DNA from: Candidatus Komeilibacteria bacterium
Lineage (GTDB): Bacteria > Patescibacteriota > Patescibacteriia > UBA1558 > 2-01-FULL-52-15
Length of the DNA: 64,000 bases
Reading direction: 5' to 3'
NCBI GenBank assembly: GCA_043801745.1
Contig: JAZDLR010000001.1
Span: forward strand, 24,374-88,373
The notes beneath the pieces were generated by a model, which saw only the letters and a list, made by a program, of their open reading frames with translations, was not told the origin of the DNA and searched no databases. Shown here piece after piece: positions 50,093 through 59,369 of the stretch. Within the stretch, counting starts at the first letter, position 1. Every line of letters starts with the position of its first letter. Both the position numbers and the translations under genes were made by a program.

Positions 50093-50685
50093 AGTTTTTT
50101 TCTTTTATTAGCTAAGGCCGCGGGAATTGGAATAAAACGTATTTCTGACCAAGACCAGATCTCTTCATCGGTCACGTTAAAATAATGCTGGTAAGCCACT
50201 TCCACACTGCCGTGTAAAGCCCGGGACCAATCTAACTCTAATTGCGCTGCCGTCTGTTTAACTAATAATTCATCATCAGCTTCAATCTCACAAAAAGTCG
50301 GTATCCAGGGCCAGGTATCAATAGTAATTTCTACTTCATTTAATTTCCAAGTCTCCCTTTTAGTTTCTTGGACATTGTAAGAAATTAAACCAATGCTTAG
50401 CAACAAATCTTTGGCCCTATCATAATTATCAATAACGACCTCTACTTCTTTGGTTCCCTGCAACGAACGGTCATTAAGTTGCTTATAGGCCAGAGTTATC
50501 TTATCTCCCTCGTTACGGATACGAACCCAGCCGCCAATCTTTTCCAAACGCTTATCCGGAAAATCAAAGTTTTCTCTAATCATAGGGCGTTCAGCCATAA
50601 CCAAAAAAGCTCCAAGCTGCTTCAAAGTCTGACGCAACTTAGAGCTATCAATATCTAGAAACTTGGCTTCAATTTCGGTTTTCAT
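50089..50685 (-). CDS. CYTH-domain protein (triphosphate tunnel metalloenzyme / CyaB-like)
   Basis: The N-terminal EIEAKF signature of the CYTH family. The stop overlaps the NUDIX start in ATGA. Confidence 0.6.
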   Translation of the reverse strand: MKTEIEAKFLDIDSSKLRQTLKQLGAFLVMAERPMIRENFDFPDKRLEKIGGWVRIRNEGDKITLAYKQLNDRSLQGTKEVEVVIDNYDRAKDLLLSIGLISYNVQETKRETWKLNEVEITIDTWPWIPTFCEIEADDELLVKQTAAQLELDWSRALHGSVEVAYQHYFNVTDEEIWSWSEIRFIPIPAALANKRKKL

Positions 50686-50701
50686 ACTGTCAAAATTATA
50701 C

Positions 50702-50797
50702 TGGAGGCCTGAGGCGGATTCGAACCGCCGAATACTTGTCCGCCTTTGGTGGAAGGGTTTTGTCCCGATGCTGAAATCTGGATCGAGCTAAGCTCGA
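50702..50797 (-). pseudogene. degenerate partial copy of tRNA-Cys (T-arm, 3' acceptor strand and CCA retained, with an anticodon-arm remnant) and no 5' acceptor strand
   Basis: The minus strand reads ...gggacaaaaccc...ggcggttcgaatccgcctcaggcctcca, against tRNA-Cys ggggtctgcaaaacccc...ggcggttcgattccgcccgtgacctcca. No segment complementary to TCAGGCC is present. Confidence 0.35.
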
Positions 50798-50872
50798 TGG
50801 AGGTCACGGGCGGAATCGAACCGCCGAATAGGGGTTTTGCAGACCCCTGCCTTACCGCTTGGCTACGTGACC
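50798..50872 (-). tRNA. tRNA-Cys (anticodon GCA)
   Basis: GGTCACGTAGCCAAGCGGTAAGGCAGGGGTCTGCAAAACCCCTATTCGGCGGTTCGATTCCGCCCGTGACCTCCA. Confidence 0.85.
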
Positions 50873-50993
50873 AGGATATTTAATAAGCTACAGCGCTAAT
50901 CAGCTAATAAGCTAATTAGCTATTACAAAGTACCAGAATCCCCCCATATTTTCAAGCTGAAATATTGTTTCAAACATGCTATCATAACCTTCG

Positions 50994-53741
50994 ATGTCTA
51001 AGCAAAAAAAACTAGTTGTCATTGATACTTACTCCCTCTTACATAGGGCCTGGCATGCCATTCCTCCACTGACTACCAAAGACGGAACCGTGGTTAACGC
51101 CGTTTTTGGCTTTACCTCAATTTTGTTGCGTCTAATCAGAGAACTAAAACCCGACTATTTATTAGCTGCCTTTGACTTGGCAGCGCCAACTTTCCGGCAT
51201 GAAGAATTCAAGGAATACAAAGCCCAGAGAGAAAAACAGCCCGATGAATTATATAACCAGGTGGTTTTGGTGGAACAGATTCTAGATGCTTTGGAAATCC
51301 CCCGCTTATCCCAACCGGGCTATGAAGCTGATGACATTATCGGCAGTATCGTAACCCATAATTGTGCCCAACACAAAGATATTAAAAACATTATCGTTAC
51401 CGGCGACAATGACAGCTTGCAGCTGGTCAATAAACAAACTGAAGTCTATACCATGAAGCGCGGCATCAATGACACCATTACCTATGATGTTGCTGCTGTC
51501 AAAGAGCGTTATGGTCTGGAACCAAAACAACTGATAGAACTGAAGGCCATCATGGGCGATACTTCAGATAATATACCCGGAGTCAAAGGCATTGGTGAAA
51601 AAGGCGCTCAAACTTTGATTCAGGAATTTGGTTCACTGGACGGCGTCTATAAACATCTCGATTCTCCCAAAATTAAAGACCGCCTCCGAGAATTATTGCG
51701 CCAGCAGAAAGAACAAGCTTGGCAAAGCAGAAAATTAGTAACTATCGTAACTGATCTTCCGGTTAAGGTTGATCTAAAACAAGCCGCGATTCATCAATTT
51801 GACCGGCAGAAAGTTTATCAGATTTTTAAACAATTAGAATTTACCAGTTTGATAGACAAAATCCCCCGGCCAGAGGCTGGTTATGCGTCAAATCCTACTG
51901 ACAGCGAAGAAATTAAATCTTCGGTTTCCAAAATTGGCACGCACCACGAAACTTATGAGCTGATCAAAGGAGAAGCGGCCATGAAAAAAATGGCCCAGAA
52001 ATTGAGCCAACAGACAATTTTTGCCCTGGATACGGAGACCACCGGCCTGGATCCGCTACAAGACAAACTCCTGGGAGCCAGTTTTTCCTGGAAAGAAGCT
52101 GAAGCCTATTTTGTCAGCCTTCGGACTGATGCTGACAGAAAATTATTCGTCAAATTATTTGGACCAATTTTGTCCGATAAAAAAATTCATAAGGTTGGGC
52201 ATAATCTCAAATTTGATTATGAAGTTCTGAAATGCGCCGGGGTGGAAGTTGGGGGTATTATTTTTGACAGTTTAATTGCTGCCTTTCTGATCAAACCCGA
52301 CCGTGGACTGAAGCTGGAAGAATTAGCTTTTAATCATTTTGGCCTGCGGATGCAACCCTTAGCGGAGATCGCTCAAGGCAAAAAAAATAATCTGGATGTT
52401 GCCGGCGTTCCGGAAGAAACCCTAAGTTGGTATGCTGCGGAAGACGCGGACTTTGCCTGGCGTCTGTACCAAACTCTGAAAAAAGAATTAACCGATCTTA
52501 ATCTGGCAAAACTTAACTCCGTGATTGAAACTCCCCTTATACCTATTCTGGGGGACATGGAATTGGCCGGTATTAGTCTGGATGTTCCGCTGCTGAAAAA
52601 ACTGGAAAAACGCTTTGATCAGCGCCTGGCGGAAATCAGCCAGAAAATTCATACCTTGGCCGGCCGCGAATTTAACATTGCCTCGCCTTTACAGCTAAAA
52701 GAAATTCTCTTTGACGTACTGGCAGTTGATACTAAAGGACTGAAAAAAACTAAAACCGGAATATCTACCGCGGCGTCAGAATTAGATAAGCTACAAGGCC
52801 GCCACCCGATTATTCCTTGGATATCTGAATACCGTGAACTGGCTAAACTGCAGTCAACTTATATTACTGCTTTGCCGCAACTGCTGTCGCCGGTTGATAA
52901 AAGAATCCATACCAGCTTTAACCAAACCGTAGCTGTTACCGGCCGCCTGTCATCAAATAATCCTAATCTACAAAACATTCCTATCCGCACGGAAATTGGC
53001 CGCGAAATCAGGCAGGCTTTTATTGCTGACAAGGGTTATCGCCTATTATCAGCCGACTATTCGCAAATTGAGTTACGTTTGGCCGCCCATATTTCCGGCG
53101 ATCCGGTGATGATTAAAAGTTTTAATAATGGCGAGGATATTCATACTGCCACCGCAGCCAAGATTAACAAAATTCCTTTGGAGCAAGTGAGCAAGGATGA
53201 ACGCCGCAAAGCTAAAGAAGTTAACTTTGGCGTTATCTATGGTTTAGGATCGTTAGGTTTGGCCCAACGGACCGGCATCAGCCGCGACGAAGCCAAAGAA
53301 TTTATTGCCAAATATTTTCAGTTATACAAAGGGGTTAAAAAATATATTGAAGAAACCAAATTAGAAGTGCGTGACGCTGGCTATGTAGAAACTTTATTTG
53401 GCCGTAGGCGATATTTACCGGAAATAAATTCCACTATGCCCCAGCTGATAGCCCAGGCCGAACGTATGGCGGTTAATATGCCCCTACAGGGCTCGGCTGC
53501 TGATATTATCAAACAAGCCATGATTCAATTGGCCGTGGAATTACCCAAAATCTCCATCAACAGCCGGCTTCTACTGCAGGTTCATGATGAATTAGTCCTG
53601 GAAGTGCCGCAAGCTGACTTGCCAAAAGTCGGAAAACTCGTTAAGAAGATTATGGAAGGCGTGACGAGGCTCAAAGTGCCGCTGATTGTTGATCTAAAAG
53701 CCGGACACAATTGGGCGGAGATGAAAGAGGTTAGCTCGTAG
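50994..53741 (+). CDS. polA: DNA polymerase I (5'-3' exonuclease, inactive 3'-5' exonuclease-like domain, and polymerase domain)
   Basis: KLVVIDTYSLLHRAWHA (the 5' nuclease) and the polymerase motifs RRKAKEVNFGVIYG (motif B) and LQVHDELVLE (motif C). Length 915 aa. Confidence 0.95.
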   Translation: MSKQKKLVVIDTYSLLHRAWHAIPPLTTKDGTVVNAVFGFTSILLRLIRELKPDYLLAAFDLAAPTFRHEEFKEYKAQREKQPDELYNQVVLVEQILDALEIPRLSQPGYEADDIIGSIVTHNCAQHKDIKNIIVTGDNDSLQLVNKQTEVYTMKRGINDTITYDVAAVKERYGLEPKQLIELKAIMGDTSDNIPGVKGIGEKGAQTLIQEFGSLDGVYKHLDSPKIKDRLRELLRQQKEQAWQSRKLVTIVTDLPVKVDLKQAAIHQFDRQKVYQIFKQLEFTSLIDKIPRPEAGYASNPTDSEEIKSSVSKIGTHHETYELIKGEAAMKKMAQKLSQQTIFALDTETTGLDPLQDKLLGASFSWKEAEAYFVSLRTDADRKLFVKLFGPILSDKKIHKVGHNLKFDYEVLKCAGVEVGGIIFDSLIAAFLIKPDRGLKLEELAFNHFGLRMQPLAEIAQGKKNNLDVAGVPEETLSWYAAEDADFAWRLYQTLKKELTDLNLAKLNSVIETPLIPILGDMELAGISLDVPLLKKLEKRFDQRLAEISQKIHTLAGREFNIASPLQLKEILFDVLAVDTKGLKKTKTGISTAASELDKLQGRHPIIPWISEYRELAKLQSTYITALPQLLSPVDKRIHTSFNQTVAVTGRLSSNNPNLQNIPIRTEIGREIRQAFIADKGYRLLSADYSQIELRLAAHISGDPVMIKSFNNGEDIHTATAAKINKIPLEQVSKDERRKAKEVNFGVIYGLGSLGLAQRTGISRDEAKEFIAKYFQLYKGVKKYIEETKLEVRDAGYVETLFGRRRYLPEINSTMPQLIAQAERMAVNMPLQGSAADIIKQAMIQLAVELPKISINSRLLLQVHDELVLEVPQADLPKVGKLVKKIMEGVTRLKVPLIVDLKAGHNWAEMKEVSS

Positions 53742-53769
53742 CCTGTAGTTCTTTATCTAAAGGATTAGA

Positions 53770-53988
53770 ATGAAACAAGAATTTTTAAAAAGGAGAGAAG
53801 CAGTATTATATGATTTACGACTAGCTTTTGCGGTGTCGTCGATAATTCTATTTGCGGATCTGGTTAGGGATACACTTCGCGAACAATACAGTTTCAAATA
53901 TTATTATTTAGCAGCGCCAGTAATAGCATCAATAATCTTTATCTTACTCGAACTCTGGATATCACACATGAAACATCCTCCAAAATAA
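53770..53988 (+). CDS. hypothetical small membrane protein
   Basis: A 72-aa ORF with two hydrophobic segments and no support beyond ORF length and position. Confidence 0.3.
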   Translation: MKQEFLKRREAVLYDLRLAFAVSSIILFADLVRDTLREQYSFKYYYLAAPVIASIIFILLELWISHMKHPPK

Positions 53989-54042
53989 TACCAATTATTT
54001 TAACCCCAACTCCTAACTCCTTACTTCCAACTCCTATTCAAA

Positions 54043-54990
54043 ATGATTTTCTTCCTCCACGGCCCTGACCATTACCGGGCCAAAGTAACCATTGACTCCA
54101 TCAAAGAAAAATACCGCTCGGCAGTTGATCCCAGCGGTCACTCTATCTATACTTTTGATGGCGAATCTTTAGATTGGTCGCAACTGCTTAATCTGCTTAA
54201 GGGACAGGGATTTTTTAGTCACAGAAATCTTATAATTATCCGCGACATTTTATCCCATCCCGAGTGGGAAGAATTTGAGCAACCCTTTTTAGATTGGCTA
54301 GCACTACAGAAAGACACCAAAGACGAGCACTACCTAGTCCTCTGGCAGCCACAAAGCAAATTACCGACTAAACATCCTCTGATTAAGGCTCTGCAGCGCT
54401 TCAAATACGTGACGGAATTTTCCGAGCTAGCGGGCGACGCGCTGGAACGTTGGGTAGCGGCTGAAGCCAAAAAATTTAATGTCTCTTTTACCGCCGAAGC
54501 TATCAGGCTGCTAATTGAACTGGTCGGCACTGATACCTGGGAACTGCATAATGAAATCCATAAATTATGCCACTGCGGGCATAACCCAATAACACTACCG
54601 GTGGTCCAGGAATTTATCAGTGGCAAAATCACTAATCAGATTTTTCAAGCTATTGATGCCTGCGGCCAGAGAAAAAAGGCTTCGGCCCATGACCTAATTG
54701 AAACCTTGCTGCGTAGCGGAGCCGAAGGATTATATATTCTAGCCATGATTGCCCGCCAATTCAGACTGTTAGCGCAGGTTCCCACCAATATCGGTTTAAA
54801 TAATTCTTACGCCTTAGCCTCGCATCTGGGAGTTCATCCTTTTGTGGCTAAGAAATTACTGCAACAAACGCGCAACTTCAGTCCCGATCAATTAACCGGT
54901 ATTTATCAGGCTCTGATAGCTAGCGATAACCGTCTCAAACTTTCTGCCAACGAACGCGCCACCCTAGCCCTACTGATCGAAAAGATATAA
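54043..54990 (+). CDS. holA: DNA polymerase III delta subunit (HolA-like clamp-loader subunit)
   Basis: A 315-aa ORF with an N-terminal MIFFLHGPDHYRAKV...IYTFDGESL pattern and the helical C-terminal domain typical of delta. Confidence 0.6.
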   Translation: MIFFLHGPDHYRAKVTIDSIKEKYRSAVDPSGHSIYTFDGESLDWSQLLNLLKGQGFFSHRNLIIIRDILSHPEWEEFEQPFLDWLALQKDTKDEHYLVLWQPQSKLPTKHPLIKALQRFKYVTEFSELAGDALERWVAAEAKKFNVSFTAEAIRLLIELVGTDTWELHNEIHKLCHCGHNPITLPVVQEFISGKITNQIFQAIDACGQRKKASAHDLIETLLRSGAEGLYILAMIARQFRLLAQVPTNIGLNNSYALASHLGVHPFVAKKLLQQTRNFSPDQLTGIYQALIASDNRLKLSANERATLALLIEKI

Positions 54991-54995
54991 ATAGT

Positions 54996-55062
54996 AAGGA
55001 GGGTCTACCACCCCTTTCCCCTCCTTGCCAAGGAGGGGAGGTCGACAGACCGGGGTGGTATC
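54996..55062. repeat. GC-rich nested-hairpin repeat (CCACCCC...CCCCTCCTTGCCAAGGAGGGG...GGGGTGG), copy 2
   Basis: ggtctaccacccctttcccctccttgccaaggaggggaggtcgacagaccggggtggta, with outer arms gagggtctac/gtagaccctc. Confidence 0.5.
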
Positions 55063-55094
55063 AAAAAATGTAGACCCTCGAGGCCAACAAAATA

Positions 55095-55126
55095 AAAAAC
55101 TCCCATTAGACAACAGGAGTTTTTTT
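55095..55126. terminator. bidirectional terminator between holA and rpsT
   Basis: aaaaaactcc-cattagacaaca-ggagtttttt. Confidence 0.6.
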
Positions 55127-55130
55127 AAAT

Positions 55131-55400
55131 TTATTTCTTTTTGCTGGCAGTAATTTTCTTACTCAAGCGGGCTTTCTTACGATTGGCATTATTGCCTTTC
55201 AGCACTTTAGCTTTTACCGCCTTATCAACTGCCTGCTGTAACTTGCCATAGAATTCCTGAGCTTTGGCTGTATCTCCGGCGGCCAGCGCCTTCTGAGCAT
55301 CTTTGATCAGCTCTTTGATATTACGTAAAACCAGTGAATTGCGGGCAGAATTTTTCTTAATCCGCCGTACATCTTTTATGGAAGCTTTCTTTTGTGGCAT
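55131..55400 (-). CDS. rpsT: 30S ribosomal protein S20
   Basis: MPQKKASIKDVRRIKKNSARNSLVLRNIKELIK... is a basic helical protein of 89 aa. Confidence 0.85.
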   Translation of the reverse strand: MPQKKASIKDVRRIKKNSARNSLVLRNIKELIKDAQKALAAGDTAKAQEFYGKLQQAVDKAVKAKVLKGNNANRKKARLSKKITASKKK

Positions 55401-55475
55401 AAATTGAATTAATTAATACAATGGGCTGACTCTAACATATTATTTTCACCCTGACAAGTCCGCCGGTATTTTTAC

Positions 55476-56231
55476 TTAGGACAGATTAGTCACGTCAATA
55501 ACTTGTTTGGGCCAATTATCCCGAGTAATATCCCTGACGCTTACTGCTTGTGATACCTGACACGGGCCAATTGCGGTCCGCCGTAAAGCCGACAAATAAG
55601 CCCCGGCTCCCAAGGCCTGCCCCAGATCATGCGCCAGCGAACGAATATAAGTACCGGTGGAACATTTAACTCTTAATTTCAAAAGAGGATAATCATACTC
55701 AAGAATATCTATAGAATGAATAGTTACCGTCGCAGGCTGGCGCTCCACCTCTTTGCCGGCACGCGCTAATTCATATAACCGTTTCCCGCCAATACTTTTG
55801 GCCGAATACATTGGAGGTACCTGTCCAACGGTTCCTGTAAACTTCAGAAGGGCTGCAGTAATATCCCTTTCTTCTTCGGCCACAGGCCGATCGCCCTCTG
55901 GGCGAAACTCCTTACTGCTTACTTCTGAAATGACTCCTTCCCCATCATACGTCGTCGAAACCTTACCCAAGGTAATCTCCGCCTCATACTCCTTAGGAAA
56001 CTGATGCCAGTAATCTAATAGCTTCGTGGCTTTATTGATGCCGATAATTAATAAACCACTGGCCGCCGGATCTAAAGTTCCGGCAAAGCCAATTTTCTTT
56101 TGTCCGGTAATCTGCCGCAGTTGCGACACGGTTTTAAAAGACGGCTCGCCCGCGGGTTTATCGATTAATAAAAATCCGCTATCGGGCGAATTTTGAATTT
56201 CGGCAATTATATTTGGAAATTTATTATTCAT
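55476..56231 (-). CDS. truB: tRNA pseudouridine55 synthase TruB
   Basis: GFLLIDKPAGEPSF...GFAGTLDPAASGLLIIG carries the catalytic Asp motif, followed by a PUA-like C-terminus. Confidence 0.9.
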   Translation of the reverse strand: MNNKFPNIIAEIQNSPDSGFLLIDKPAGEPSFKTVSQLRQITGQKKIGFAGTLDPAASGLLIIGINKATKLLDYWHQFPKEYEAEITLGKVSTTYDGEGVISEVSSKEFRPEGDRPVAEEERDITAALLKFTGTVGQVPPMYSAKSIGGKRLYELARAGKEVERQPATVTIHSIDILEYDYPLLKLRVKCSTGTYIRSLAHDLGQALGAGAYLSALRRTAIGPCQVSQAVSVRDITRDNWPKQVIDVTNLS

Positions 56232-56272
56232 ATGATTCCGTACGGCCGATTCATGAATCGGCCCTAGCAGAT

Positions 56273-58243
56273 TTATTTTTTTCGACCCCGCAAAACCGCT
56301 ATCTGATCCCGCAGGCGAGCCGCTGTTTCAAATTCCAAATTAGCCGCGGCTAGTTGCATTTGCTGTTCCAGAGAATGTAATAAAAAATCCTTTTCTCCAA
56401 CTGATAAACCTTTAATTTCATCTTTAAATTCAGCTTTTACATCCAAACCCTTCAAAGAGGCGGCTTTAATTGCTTTAATAATTGTCTGCGGCGTTATGTG
56501 GTTCGCCTTGTTATATATTCTCTGCTTATCGCGGCGGCGGTTGGTTTCATCTATAGCCTGTTTCATTGATCTGGTTACTGTATCGGCATACATAATGACT
56601 TTACCTTCTACGTGGCGGGCCGCACGGCCAATGATCTGGATCATGGCTGTGGCACTACGTAAAAATCCTTCTTTATCCGCGTCTAAAATAATTACCAAAG
56701 ACACTTCCGGCAAATCTAATCCTTCGCGCAACAGATTAATGCCGACCAAAACATCATATTTACCTTGCCGCAGATCGCGTAAAATATCTATCCGGTCCAA
56801 AGTATCCACTTCCGAATGCAGATATTGCGCTTTGATATTTTTTTCCAGCAACATTTCGCTAATATCTTCGGCTAATACTTTAGTTATAGTTGTTACCAAA
56901 ACGCGCTGACCATGGCTGACCCTGGCGTTTATTTCTTTAATCACGTCCTCCACCTGACCGGTTGTTCCGCGTACTTCAATTTCCGGATCTAATAAACCGG
57001 TTGGACGCACAACTTGTTCTACTACTTGTTTAGACAAACCCAGCTCATACTGATCCGGCGTGGCTGACATATAAACCGTCTGTCCGGTCCTCTGCCGGAA
57101 CTCATCATAATTCAACGGCCGGTTATCCAAAGCGCTGGGCAAACGCCAGCCGTAATCTATCAACATTTTCTTTCGCGCCTGATCACCGTTATACATGCCG
57201 CGGATCTGCGGCAGAGTCATATGTGACTCATCAACGACCAGAAAAAAATCATCAGGAAAATAACCTAGTAGTGTCTCCGGCGGTTCTCCGGCCTGCCGGC
57301 CGGCCAAATGCCGCGAATAATTCTCAATGCCGTTGCAATAACCAACTGACCGGATCATTTCCAGATCATACTTGGTCCTTTCTTCAATGCGCTGAGCTTC
57401 AATCAGCTTATTGTGCTGCTTAAAATATTGAATCCGTTCTATTAGCTCGGTTTCAATATTGGGCAGGGCTTTCTTAATATTAACTTCCGGCGCTAAGAAA
57501 TGTTTAGCCGGAAAGATGCTTAGATCTTTCGGTGTTTCTAAAATATCATGAGTTAAATAATGAACTTTTTCAATTTTATCTAACTTGTCGCCATCAAAAC
57601 GCAGACGGTAGTAATGTTCATCTTCGGCGCTAGGAAATATTTCCATATTTTCACCCTTAACCGTGAAATTACCGCGCGTTAAAACCGTGTCATTGCGGTT
57701 ATATTGTAAAAAATTCAGTTGATTTAATAATTTATAGCGGGCATAAGTCTTGCCAATCTCTAATGTAATGCGCACCTGACTATAATCTTCCGGCGAACCT
57801 AATCCGTAAATACACGATACAGACGCGACAATTAAAACATCGCGCCGAGTGAGTAAGGCCTGCGTGGCTGCATGCCGCAAGCGGTCAATTTCTTCATTGA
57901 TCTGCGTTTCCTTGTCTATGTGCGTGTCAGACGCCGGTATATAAGCCTCGGGCTGATAATAATCATAGTAGGAAACAAAATAATGCACGGCATTATTGGG
58001 AAAGAAATCCTGAAACTCCGAAGCCAGCTGCGCGGCCAAAGTTTTATTATGTGAAATAACTAAAGTCGGTTTGTTAATTTTGGCCACAACATTGGCAATA
58101 GTAAAGGTCTTACCCGAACCAGTTACTCCCAAAAGAGTTTGATCGCGGTAGCCCTTTTTCAAACCAGTAGTCAATTGTAAAATCGCACTCGGCTGATCCC
58201 CAGTGGGTTTGAATTTGGCCTTAAGACTAAACTTATCTGCCAT
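56273..58243 (-). CDS. uvrB: excinuclease ABC subunit B
   Basis: GDQPSAI...GVTGSGKTFTIANV and the C-terminal UVR domain QMQLAAANLEFETAARLRDQI. Length 656 aa. Confidence 0.95.
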   Translation of the reverse strand: MADKFSLKAKFKPTGDQPSAILQLTTGLKKGYRDQTLLGVTGSGKTFTIANVVAKINKPTLVISHNKTLAAQLASEFQDFFPNNAVHYFVSYYDYYQPEAYIPASDTHIDKETQINEEIDRLRHAATQALLTRRDVLIVASVSCIYGLGSPEDYSQVRITLEIGKTYARYKLLNQLNFLQYNRNDTVLTRGNFTVKGENMEIFPSAEDEHYYRLRFDGDKLDKIEKVHYLTHDILETPKDLSIFPAKHFLAPEVNIKKALPNIETELIERIQYFKQHNKLIEAQRIEERTKYDLEMIRSVGYCNGIENYSRHLAGRQAGEPPETLLGYFPDDFFLVVDESHMTLPQIRGMYNGDQARKKMLIDYGWRLPSALDNRPLNYDEFRQRTGQTVYMSATPDQYELGLSKQVVEQVVRPTGLLDPEIEVRGTTGQVEDVIKEINARVSHGQRVLVTTITKVLAEDISEMLLEKNIKAQYLHSEVDTLDRIDILRDLRQGKYDVLVGINLLREGLDLPEVSLVIILDADKEGFLRSATAMIQIIGRAARHVEGKVIMYADTVTRSMKQAIDETNRRRDKQRIYNKANHITPQTIIKAIKAASLKGLDVKAEFKDEIKGLSVGEKDFLLHSLEQQMQLAAANLEFETAARLRDQIAVLRGRKK

Positions 58244-58598
58244 TATTTAAATGCCGTTTAATAATTTCAATCACTTCTTCCGTATTTTCATAAACTTCAC
58301 CATTACTGAAACGAATTACTTTAATGCCGTATAACTCAATATACTTTTGCCGCTCATTATCCATTTCCTCTGCTCCATCTACTAAATGACTTTCGCCGTC
58401 AATCTCAATTGCCAGCTTAACCTCTGGACAATAAAAATCCACCACATACTTTCCAATTCCATGCTGTCGTCTAAATTTATATCCGTTCAACTGACTACCC
58501 TTGAGTCGTAACCACAGCATTATCTCTGCCGGCGGCAGTGAGCTCCGTAAATCTTTACGTAAAGATTTGAATCGGTGTCGATTATATAATTTTGTCAT
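58233..58598 (-). CDS. DUF559 / Vsr-like endonuclease-domain protein
   Basis: KYVVDFYCPEVKLAIEIDGESH is the DUF559 (PD-(D/E)xK-like) signature. Length 121 aa, with the start overlapping the uvrB stop. Confidence 0.65.
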   Translation of the reverse strand: MTKLYNRHRFKSLRKDLRSSLPPAEIMLWLRLKGSQLNGYKFRRQHGIGKYVVDFYCPEVKLAIEIDGESHLVDGAEEMDNERQKYIELYGIKVIRFSNGEVYENTEEVIEIIKRHLNNGR

Positions 58599-58599
58599 A

Positions 58600-58685
58600 A
58601 CAGGGCATACAATTTTTGACCACCCCGGCCTATTGCCCCCCCTCCTTACTAAGGGGGGGGGAGGGGTGGTATGCCCTGTTATTAC
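58600..58685. repeat. GC-rich nested-hairpin repeat, copy 3
   Basis: aacagggcatac...ccaccccggcctattgccccccctccttactaagggggggggaggggtggtatgccctgtt is a three-level nested palindrome. Confidence 0.5.
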
Positions 58686-58786
58686 TTATTGTAATCACAC
58701 TATGCCAGACTTTTAATAAAATGAGAAGCCCGCAGAGAAACACAAAATACCTTGATTTTCAGGCCAAAATATACTACAGTTAGCCT

Positions 58787-59368
58787 ATGATTAGCTTTAT
58801 AAAGGGCAATATTATCATCCGTCAGGAACGCTACCTGGTAATTGATATTGGCTCGCTGGGTTACCAAGTCTACTGTACTTCGCAGACCCTGGAAAAACTC
58901 CGTGATCAGAACGAAGTTTCCCTCTTTACTCATACACACGTGCGCGAAGACGCCATGGAATTATACGGCTTCATCACCTGGGAAGAAATGGAATTTTTTG
59001 AAAAATTAATTGAAATTTCCGGCGTTGGACCAAAAAGTGCCCTAGCGGTCATGTCCGTCGCGCCTTTGGAAGATATTAAGAAAGCCGTGGTCCATGGCGA
59101 TCCGGCTATATTACAACGCGTTACCGGCATTGGTAAGAAAACTGCCGAGCGCATTATTGTAGAACTGAAAGAAAAAATTAAATTCTCCTCACCACTGGAT
59201 TCTAATGCCATCGCCTCCTTGGGTGACAGCCAATTATTTGAAGGTCTGCAATCACTGGGCTACAAAGAACGAGAGATTCGACAAATTTTACCGCAAATTC
59301 CTATTGACGTTACCGACCTCGGTGAGCGAATCAAAGAAGCTTTAAAGCTTTTAAGCAATCAAAAGTAG
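58787..59368 (+). CDS. ruvA: Holliday junction DNA helicase RuvA
   Basis: MISFIKGNI...LVIDIGSLGYQVY (OB domain) and the HhH motif ISGVGPKSALAV. Confidence 0.9.
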   Translation: MISFIKGNIIIRQERYLVIDIGSLGYQVYCTSQTLEKLRDQNEVSLFTHTHVREDAMELYGFITWEEMEFFEKLIEISGVGPKSALAVMSVAPLEDIKKAVVHGDPAILQRVTGIGKKTAERIIVELKEKIKFSSPLDSNAIASLGDSQLFEGLQSLGYKEREIRQILPQIPIDVTDLGERIKEALKLLSNQK

Positions 59369-59369
59369 C

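Noticed and set aside
50702-50797. tmRNA 3' domain (tRNA-like T-arm plus CCA) adjacent to tRNA-Cys
   Set aside because: There is no 5' acceptor partner or tmRNA body. The required upstream space is occupied by tRNA-Cys and polA. It is better explained as a decayed tRNA-Cys duplicate.
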